In this document: positions 58,001 to 64,000 of the stretch, piece by piece
Layout of the letters: every line of letters begins with the position of its first letter
Position numbering within the stretch: the stretch's first letter is position 1
NCBI GenBank assembly: GCA_038207335.1
Contig: JBBQZX010000006.1
Coordinates: 64,001 to 128,000, forward strand
Length of the DNA stretch: 64,000 nt
Origin: Chthoniobacterales bacterium
GTDB taxonomy: Bacteria; Verrucomicrobiota; Verrucomicrobiia; Chthoniobacterales; Chthoniobacteraceae
Direction of reading: 5' to 3'
The notes under the pieces: generated by a model
What the model was told of the DNA's origin: nothing
Database searches by the model: none
The model's input: only the letters and a program-made list of their open reading frames with translations
Position numbers and translations under genes: made by a program

Positions 58001-59042
58001 GAGCGGGCGTGTGCCGCTGGAGCTGGCACCGGAAATCCAGCAGGCATTTGAGGGCGGCGCGATCGCGCAGTGGAAGATGATCGGGCCATTTGAGAACGTC
58101 TGGGAAGCGGTGCATCCGCCCGAAACCGACGCGCTCGCCGGCGACGCGTTCCTTTCCAAAAAATACGTGAACGCCGAGGGCAAGGAAGTCGGCTGGAGCG
58201 ACGTGAGCGCGGACTCCGACGGGCGGGTGAATATGGAGCGCGTCTTCCACACGAACGCGATGGTGTGCGCCTACGCGGTGGCGGAAATCACCGCGAGCGA
58301 GGCGGCGAGTACGAAGCTCTTCCTCGGCGTCGATGACCAAATGGCTGTGTGGCTCAATGGCAAGCGCGTCTATGACAGTGGGCCGGCGAGTGGCGGCTTC
58401 GAGATGGACAAGACCGAGGTGCCGCTGGAGCTGGTCGCGGGGAAGAACACGCTGCTGCTGAAGATCGGGAATGTGGGCGGCGGGTGGGAGTTCGCCGCGC
58501 GCGTCCCCGGCCTGAACGGCCTCACTTTCACAAAGAGCAAAGAACCGACGGCGGAGGAAAAGCAGCGCGTCTATGCGATGACCGCAAAGCCCGACGGTGC
58601 GTGGGAGCACGCTGGCGACGCGGCGCGCGGCGCGAAGATTTTCGCCGACCCGGCGGGGCCGCTCGCGGGCATCTGCGCGACCTGCCACGCGGTGAAGGGC
58701 AAAGGCGGGCAGGTCGGCCCCGACCTCGGCGCGGTGGCGGTGAACTACAAGCGGCCCGACCTGATTGTCTCTATCCACGAGCCGAGTAAAACCATCGCGC
58801 TGGGCTTTGAGCAGGTGATGGTCGAGACGAAAGCCGGCGACACGGTTCTCGGCGCGCTCCGCTCGGAGACGCCGGACGCGCTGACGCTGCTGGGCGCCGA
58901 TGCTGCGCCGCATGTGGTGAAAGTCGCGGACATTAAGACGCGCGCCCCAGTCCCGATCTCGCTCATGCCACCCGGCCTCACGCTCGGCCTCACGCCGGAG
59001 CAATTCGTAGATCTGCTGGCATTTCTCGAAACCATGAAGTAG
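55059..59042 (+). CDS. PVC-type membrane-bound dehydrogenase-like protein: beta-propeller, HEAT repeats, beta-sandwich and CxxCH cytochrome c
   Basis: DTNGDGVAD, G.DG..Y.SVGD, G.RN, FRP, DG...IADW; HEAT repeats; C-terminal G..IF...CATCH...GG.VGPDL...SLMP.G. Confidence 0.88.
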   Translation: MRAIFLILATAAVLHAETPTPPLVADTALRIEAVATFPDVEASTTVCGGPDGAIYAGNDPRDGHLSTAKPEASIVRFGPIESPDLLRLPDGKFAPPGPPHRKRTIFADKIYSPAGSAWHDGYLYVLHDPMLTRFKDTNGDGVADVREDLVTGIGLPPYDGLNDHVVSGFTLGMDGFFYISVGDRGIYKAVARDGSTITMQGGGIVRVRTDGTQLEIFSTGTRNHLEVNLDAEDNAFTRDNTDDGNGWWTRLTHHIEGGYYGYPFDFRKIANYGVAQPSPQTLDAIKQHGGTIDRTATMLDGRKVSDVVPGADSAVAPNNKFLPAMADFGGGSPTGGLCYLSDGLPEKYRGRHFFSEWGKGGVFVSEVARDGATFKLVSDMKLIEPEKGGDFRPMQLSVAADGSLLIADWGYGGWKSPKRTGAIWRAYWPEAHPASRLGDESKATTEQLIAALAHPDRDQRLRAEYALAAKGRSVAEKVAAALKDERAPIEQRTHALWVLEEIARGSGSTAAAPALARSQPGGLVDVRRDSPANAATSPEQALAPLIEALRSPATAAQAARALGELRAASALPAFASVFPKAAPEVRRAILTAIARIGRDPGIDLAGALTDSDPWVRFTARRTIQSLGAWASIAPALRDPANPLFEAAWETASGVFDPGLVEMFTTLRDAARPVRVRATAALGRIALKPAPYEGHWWGTQPVKSPLPPAPLAWAETPRAIGALTAALDDAAPEVRLAAALAFTEFVLGGEKSDALAALRTRLSLEKEPSVRRQLIEALGVQKDPAAAETFRKIALDAGAEPEFREAAIAAIVGIGGDDAKKTIAQIAGASLSAAATRSVIVAAGDLRVVEAAPALVAHLTDPNAGNREAAAHSLGQIGAKSGAGAALIGTLDDKDGKVATAAVIALGDLREKSAIPALIALAEKHKSQREVIAALASMPDPSAIPVLVETLRSKDAGQRRSAIKALKTMRAEAMPAVQALLASGRVPLELAPEIQQAFEGGAIAQWKMIGPFENVWEAVHPPETDALAGDAFLSKKYVNAEGKEVGWSDVSADSDGRVNMERVFHTNAMVCAYAVAEITASEAASTKLFLGVDDQMAVWLNGKRVYDSGPASGGFEMDKTEVPLELVAGKNTLLLKIGNVGGGWEFAARVPGLNGLTFTKSKEPTAEEKQRVYAMTAKPDGAWEHAGDAARGAKIFADPAGPLAGICATCHAVKGKGGQVGPDLGAVAVNYKRPDLIVSIHEPSKTIALGFEQVMVETKAGDTVLGALRSETPDALTLLGADAAPHVVKVADIKTRAPVPISLMPPGLTLGLTPEQFVDLLAFLETMK

Positions 59043-59054
59043 CCCGTCCTGCTT

Positions 59055-59687
59055 ATGCGAAAGCTTCTGACCGGCTGCGGAATCGTGATCTTGATCGTGT
59101 TCGCGACGTTGGTCGGGACATGCTTTTTCGGAGGGAGCCTGTGGCAGAAACGCATATCGCATTTCCAGGACAAGGTCGCAGCGGAAGAGGCGCTGGAGAA
59201 ATCGTGGCGCCCGCCCGCCCCGGAGCTCGGTCGCGAGTGGTTCCCGGCAAAAGTCACCGGTTGGTCGCTCTCGGGGAGTAACGCCGCGCCCGGCTTTCCC
59301 ACCCTCGACCTCGATCGCGGCGGCTGGCAGGGGACGTACACATCTGGGAAGGAAAACATTCAGGTTTCCGTGGCGCCGGCAAATGCCACAGAACGCGACG
59401 CGCTGATGTCGCGTGTGGAAGCCGCGCTGACGAAACCGACGACGACGGTGAAGCAATTCGGCAACGGGACGAGCACGAGCGGGAGCTTTACCTTCTCGTC
59501 AGACAACTCGCACTGGATGACGCGCTTCGGCAGCCGAATGTCAGTCACCCACAACGGCCAGAAGAGCCAGGTGCGCGCGCTCAACGATTGGCTCTTCATC
59601 TTCCAAGGGATCGAGGGCGCTGACCCGGAAGACTTCGTAAAAGAATATTTGAAGGCGATTGACGCGGGTTCGGGTAGCGCGTTTTGA
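59055..59687 (+). CDS. Hypothetical membrane-anchored protein
   Basis: N-terminal TM helix (GCGIVILIV...); starts 12 nt after the preceding gene. Confidence 0.65.
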   Translation: MRKLLTGCGIVILIVFATLVGTCFFGGSLWQKRISHFQDKVAAEEALEKSWRPPAPELGREWFPAKVTGWSLSGSNAAPGFPTLDLDRGGWQGTYTSGKENIQVSVAPANATERDALMSRVEAALTKPTTTVKQFGNGTSTSGSFTFSSDNSHWMTRFGSRMSVTHNGQKSQVRALNDWLFIFQGIEGADPEDFVKEYLKAIDAGSGSAF

Positions 59688-59782
59688 GCGTCGGAAGTTG
59701 AGCGTTGCAATCGCGCAAGCCTGCGCACTGGCGTGGTTTTTTCATTGTCCCACCGTGCCTGCGTTCGCATCCTCCGCCGCCT

Positions 59783-61150
59783 ATGTCCACTCCCTCCCGC
59801 GAACTCCCGTGGTGGCGTCAGCTCACCGGCTACCATTGGTTCGTCTTCATCGTCGCGAGCGCGGCGTGGTTCTTCGATTGCCTCGACCAACGGCTCTTTT
59901 CCCTCGCCCGCATCCCCGCGCTCTCGTCGCTGATGCATCTGCCGGCCGGCGCGCCTGAAGTGCAGGCATTTGGCAAGGTGGTGACGGCGTGGTTCCTGAT
60001 CGGGTGGGGAGTCGGCGGGATGATTTTCGGCGCGCTCGGCGACCGGTACGGCCGCGCGAAGATGCTGACGCTGACCATCCTAATCTACTCGGCCTTTACG
60101 GGCTTGAGCTTTTTCAGCCAGGGAAATATCGACTTCACTATCTTCCGATTCCTCACGGGCGTCGGAGTCGGCGGCGTCTTCGGTCTCGCAGTGGCACTCA
60201 TCGCGGAAACCGTCCCGAGCGGCGCGCGGGTGCAGGCGCTCGGGATGTTGCAGGTGCTTTCCACGATCGGAAATCTCGCTGCGGGTCTGGGAAAGATGAC
60301 GGTCGATTCGCTGGAGAGTTCACACTCGATCACGTCCGGGCAGGGCTGGCGGTGGATGTTTCTAATCGGCGCGCTTCCCGCGCTGATGGTCGTATTCACG
60401 CGCAAATATCTGCGCGAACCCGAGCCGTGGCTGCGCCAGAAAGCTGCGGGGCATTTGCCGACCGGCAGCATCTTCGCGCCCTACGCCTTACTCCTCGCGG
60501 ATCGTCGCTGGCGGAAGAATCTCATTGTCGGCGCGCTCATCGCCGCGACCGGCGTGGTCGGTCTCTGGGCCATCGGCGAGTACGCCGTCGATCTGCAAAA
60601 GACGGTCTTCAACACGTATTTTGAAAAGGCGGGATTCCTCGGCGATGAGATGAAGTCGAAGGTCAACGGGGCGATCACCAATGCCTACCTGCTGAACATG
60701 CTCGGCGCGGCGATCGGCATGTGGATTTTCACGCGCGTGGCGAAGGCGCTCGGGCGGCGGCCGGCGTTTTTCATGGGCTTCACGCTCGCGCTGCTCGTGA
60801 CGGCGTTCGTGTATTGGAAAATGGAGTCGCCGCAGGATGCCTACTGGATGATGCCTTTGATGGGAGCGGTGCAGCTCGGACCGTTCGCGGGCTTCGCGAT
60901 CTATTTACCAGAGCTCTTTCCCAGCCGGCTGCGCAGTACGGGCATTTCCTTCTGCTACAATCTCGGCCGCTTCGCCGCGGCCGCTGGCAGCTTTTTCTCC
61001 TCGATCCTGACGGTGCAAGTATTCGGCCATTTCGCCAAGCCGCTGCCATACCGCTACTCCGCGATGACGATGTGCGTGATCTTCCTCGTCGGCATCGTCA
61101 CCGTCTTCTTCGCGCCCGAGACGAAAGGGCAGCCGCTGCCGGAAGATTGA
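59783..61150 (+). CDS. MFS transporter (sugar/organic acid-like)
   Basis: W.FD..D, GALGDRYGR, RFLTG.GVGG, ALIAE, PELFP.RLR.TG.SF.YN.GR, APETKG. Confidence 0.9.
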   Translation: MSTPSRELPWWRQLTGYHWFVFIVASAAWFFDCLDQRLFSLARIPALSSLMHLPAGAPEVQAFGKVVTAWFLIGWGVGGMIFGALGDRYGRAKMLTLTILIYSAFTGLSFFSQGNIDFTIFRFLTGVGVGGVFGLAVALIAETVPSGARVQALGMLQVLSTIGNLAAGLGKMTVDSLESSHSITSGQGWRWMFLIGALPALMVVFTRKYLREPEPWLRQKAAGHLPTGSIFAPYALLLADRRWRKNLIVGALIAATGVVGLWAIGEYAVDLQKTVFNTYFEKAGFLGDEMKSKVNGAITNAYLLNMLGAAIGMWIFTRVAKALGRRPAFFMGFTLALLVTAFVYWKMESPQDAYWMMPLMGAVQLGPFAGFAIYLPELFPSRLRSTGISFCYNLGRFAAAAGSFFSSILTVQVFGHFAKPLPYRYSAMTMCVIFLVGIVTVFFAPETKGQPLPED

Positions 61151-61216
61151 GTTACAACGGCTGGGCCTGGGAAACGCGGCCTTCCGCTTCCGGCCTTCCC
61201 GCTGAGAATCCTCCGC

Positions 61217-62086
61217 TCAGACGTCGCAAATCCGCACGCTCTGCGCCAGCGAAGCGACCGGGTCGCGCACCGGGATGAATTCCTGCCCGACGAAGCCCGT
61301 GTAGCCCACGTCGAGGAGCGCCTGCATGAGCGGGGCGTAGTTCAGCTCCTGCGTCTCGTCGATTTCACCGCGACCCGGTACTCCCGCCGTGTGGATGTGT
61401 GCAATGAAGTCCTTGTGCTGCTGAATCCGCGCGATCACGTCGCCGTGCATGATCTGCACGTGGTAGATGTCGAAGAGCACCTTCAGGCGCGGGGAGCCGA
61501 TGGCTTTGCAGATGTCCACCGAGCGCTCGATGTCGTCGCAGAAGTAATCCGGGTGGCCTTTCATCGTCGTCGGCACGCGGGAGTTCAGCATCTCGAGGCA
61601 GAGAGTGACGCCCTTTTCCTCGGCGAAAGGGACGATCTTCTTGAGCCCGGCGATCATGTTTTTCATCCCGTCCTCCGTTGCGAGTCCGCGGCGGAATCCG
61701 GAGAACGTGATGACCCGCTCGACGCCCGCCGCGGCGCTCGCCTCGATGCTCGCGTGCAGCTTTGTAATGCACTCGTCGTGTTCCTCCGGGTGCGCGAATC
61801 CCTTTGCAAAGCCGTGGCTCCCCGCGATGGCGCACGTCAGCCCGAGCGCCTTCAGCTCCGGCCAGAACTTCGGGTCGCAGAGTTCGACCGACTGCATCCC
61901 GAGCGCCGCCGCGTGCCGCGCGAGTGCCGGCACCGGCATGGGGTTGAAACACCACGACACCACGGACTGCCGGATGCGTCCGTTTTTCGCCCGATAAAGC
62001 GCGGGATCCTCCGCCTTTGCGCCCATCCCCAGCGCAGCGGAAGCGACAAGACCTTTCAAAGTGGCGCGGCGGGAGAGGGGATTCAT
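61217..62086 (-). CDS. Hydroxypyruvate isomerase/AP-endonuclease-2 TIM-barrel protein with a Tat-like signal
   Basis: SRRATLK; LEMLNS, LFDIYHVQI..GD, H.HTAG.PGR.E, QELNY, GQEF.P. Confidence 0.88.
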   Translation of the reverse strand: MNPLSRRATLKGLVASAALGMGAKAEDPALYRAKNGRIRQSVVSWCFNPMPVPALARHAAALGMQSVELCDPKFWPELKALGLTCAIAGSHGFAKGFAHPEEHDECITKLHASIEASAAAGVERVITFSGFRRGLATEDGMKNMIAGLKKIVPFAEEKGVTLCLEMLNSRVPTTMKGHPDYFCDDIERSVDICKAIGSPRLKVLFDIYHVQIMHGDVIARIQQHKDFIAHIHTAGVPGRGEIDETQELNYAPLMQALLDVGYTGFVGQEFIPVRDPVASLAQSVRICDV

Positions 62087-62168
62087 CCCGCAAAAATGCG
62101 CGTCTCTCATGCCCCACGCGAGCCCTTTCCCATTGCCGCCGAAGGTCGCGGCAAAGACGCTGACGCCA

Positions 62169-63998
62169 ATGTTTCCCCGCATCCTAATCCTCTGCCTTCT
62201 CGCCGCGACCGCCACGCACGCCGCGGTTCCCCCGCCGAATATCGTCTTCATCCTCGCCGACGACCTCGGCATCAACGACCTCGGCTGCTACGGACGCGCC
62301 GACCAGCCGACACCCAATCTCGACCGCCTCGCCGCCGAGGGAATGCGCTTCACCGCGGCCTATGCGCAGCCGCTCTGCTCCCCTACGCGCGCCTCACTCC
62401 TCACCGGCAAATCCGCAGCGCGACTCCACATCACGACCTATCTCCCGGGCCGCGCCGACGCGCCGACGCAGATGCTCCTGCATCCGAAGATCGAGCAGCA
62501 GCTCCCGCTCGCCGAGCAGACCATCCCTGAGCTCCTGGCATCCGCCGGATACATCAGCGCGTGCATCGGAAAGTGGCACGTCGGTGGCGCGAGATTCGGT
62601 CCCGCCCAGCAGGGATTCGACGTGGTCTTCGCGGGTCATCCGGTCACCAAGCCGACCGCCGACGAGGGAGGAAAGGGCGAATACGAACTCACTGCGCACG
62701 CCGAGCAATTCATCGAGGAAAACAAGGCGCGTCCGTTCTTCCTCTACCTCGCGCACAACACCGTCCACGTCCCGCTCGGCGCAAAAGCGGCGCTCATCGA
62801 AAAGCACGCCGACGCCTTCAACCCGCTCTACGCCGCGATGGTCGAGTCGCTCGACGACTGCGTCGGCCGAATCATCGCAAAGCTAGACGCGACGGACCTC
62901 CGCGAGCGGACGCTGCTAGTCTTCATGTCCGACAACGGCGGCCTGCATGTCCCCGAGCTGCCGCACACGCCCGCGACTTTCAACGCCCCGTTCCGCGCCG
63001 GAAAAGGCTTCGTGTACGAAGGTGGCATCCGTGTCCCTCTCATCGCCCGCTGGCCCGGCCACATCGCTCCGGGCGAGAACGCCACGCCCGTCCGCGAGAG
63101 CGACTGGCTCCCCACATTTCTCGATCTGGCAAAAGTCGCGCCGCTTGCAAATCTCGACGGAATCAGCCTCGTCGGCCTGCTCACCGCCTCCGCGCCGCTC
63201 CAACCGCGCGCGCTCTTCTGGCACCAGCCGCATTATTCGAATCAAGGCGGACGTCCCACGGGCGCGATCCGCGAAGGCGACTGGAAGCTCGTCGAGCAAT
63301 ACGAAAACGGAAGCGCGGAACTCTACAATCTCGCCACCGATTCCGGCGAGATGACTGACCTCTCGATGAAAGAACCGAAGCGCACCGCCGACCTGCGCGG
63401 CAAGCTCGCCGAGTGGCTTCAGGAAAATGGCGCGCAGGAGAACATGCCGAATCCGAGTTTTGACCCCGCTCGCCATCGTGAACTCTACATCTCCACCGAT
63501 CCATCGCGCATCGCCGCCGCGCCGACTGCCGCCGAAACCGCTTCCCCGCTTGCTTCGTGGCGCGAGAAGATGGACGCCGCCCTGAAGCCGAACACGCCTG
63601 CGGGCATCGGCCCGGTCCTCATTTTGTCGGCAAAAAGCGCGGCAATCCACGGCACGACCGCCCGCTACGAACCGCAGCCACACAAGAACACGATCGGCTT
63701 TTGGACAAAGCCGGAGGACTGGGCGAGCTGGGATTTTGATGTCACGCAGCCCGGCACATTCGAGATCGAAATCCTCCAAGGCTGCGCAGGCGGCGGCAGC
63801 GAAGTCGCGGTGAAAGTCGGTGATCAAGTGCTCACTTTCACCGTCCTCGACACCGGCCATTTTCAAAACTTCGTCCCGTACAAAATCGGCGTCGTCACGC
63901 TTCCCACCGGCCATCACACACTCGAACTGCGGCCCAAAAACAAAGTCGGTGGCGCAGTGATGGACGTGCGACGCGTCACATTGATTCCGAAAGCGTAA
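62169..63998 (+). CDS. Formylglycine-dependent (Cys-type) sulfatase with a C-terminal beta-sandwich (CBM-like) domain
   Basis: Signal peptide; PNIVFILADDLG, CSPTRASLLTG, GKWH, SDNG, GKG..YEGG.RVP; extra ~120-aa C-terminal domain. Confidence 0.93.
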   Translation: MFPRILILCLLAATATHAAVPPPNIVFILADDLGINDLGCYGRADQPTPNLDRLAAEGMRFTAAYAQPLCSPTRASLLTGKSAARLHITTYLPGRADAPTQMLLHPKIEQQLPLAEQTIPELLASAGYISACIGKWHVGGARFGPAQQGFDVVFAGHPVTKPTADEGGKGEYELTAHAEQFIEENKARPFFLYLAHNTVHVPLGAKAALIEKHADAFNPLYAAMVESLDDCVGRIIAKLDATDLRERTLLVFMSDNGGLHVPELPHTPATFNAPFRAGKGFVYEGGIRVPLIARWPGHIAPGENATPVRESDWLPTFLDLAKVAPLANLDGISLVGLLTASAPLQPRALFWHQPHYSNQGGRPTGAIREGDWKLVEQYENGSAELYNLATDSGEMTDLSMKEPKRTADLRGKLAEWLQENGAQENMPNPSFDPARHRELYISTDPSRIAAAPTAAETASPLASWREKMDAALKPNTPAGIGPVLILSAKSAAIHGTTARYEPQPHKNTIGFWTKPEDWASWDFDVTQPGTFEIEILQGCAGGGSEVAVKVGDQVLTFTVLDTGHFQNFVPYKIGVVTLPTGHHTLELRPKNKVGGAVMDVRRVTLIPKA

Positions 63999-64000
63999 CA

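Overview
GC-rich bacterial chromosomal window, most likely Verrucomicrobiota (Chthoniobacterales-like). This is inferred from DUF1501, DUF1080, a PVC-type CxxCH dehydrogenase, a PEP-CTERM/PATR protein and a Chlamydia-type long L28. It holds about 47 genes: housekeeping (pyk, glgX, rpmB, rpmI-rplT-pheS-pheT, an rsmH-family gene), three tRNAs (Ser-TGA, Arg-CCG, Val-TAC) and a 181-nt 6S-RNA-like hairpin after pheT. No CRISPR array, transposase or integrase was seen. The best candidate for an undescribed system is at 43.9-50.3 kb. A stand-alone Tat-exported DMSO-reductase-family molybdoenzyme, with no beta subunit or anchor gene nearby, is divergent from an ArsR-family regulator with a C-terminal Cys-Cys pair. 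That regulator heads an atypical PstSCAB-like ABC importer with an altered oxyanion-binding motif in PstS, a Cys-rich tail on PstB and no phoU. Together these suggest a metalloid or oxyanion redox-plus-uptake module (inference). Other notable items: an orphan 10-heme cytochrome c fused to LVIVD repeats; a sigma54/two-component-controlled small outer-membrane protein plus TonB; an orphan flavin-dependent halogenase; a GtrB/GT-C/WecD-like surface glycosylation cassette; and repeated local C-rich to G-rich strand switches that do not follow gene orientation. All functional calls come from motif recognition by eye; no database searches were run.
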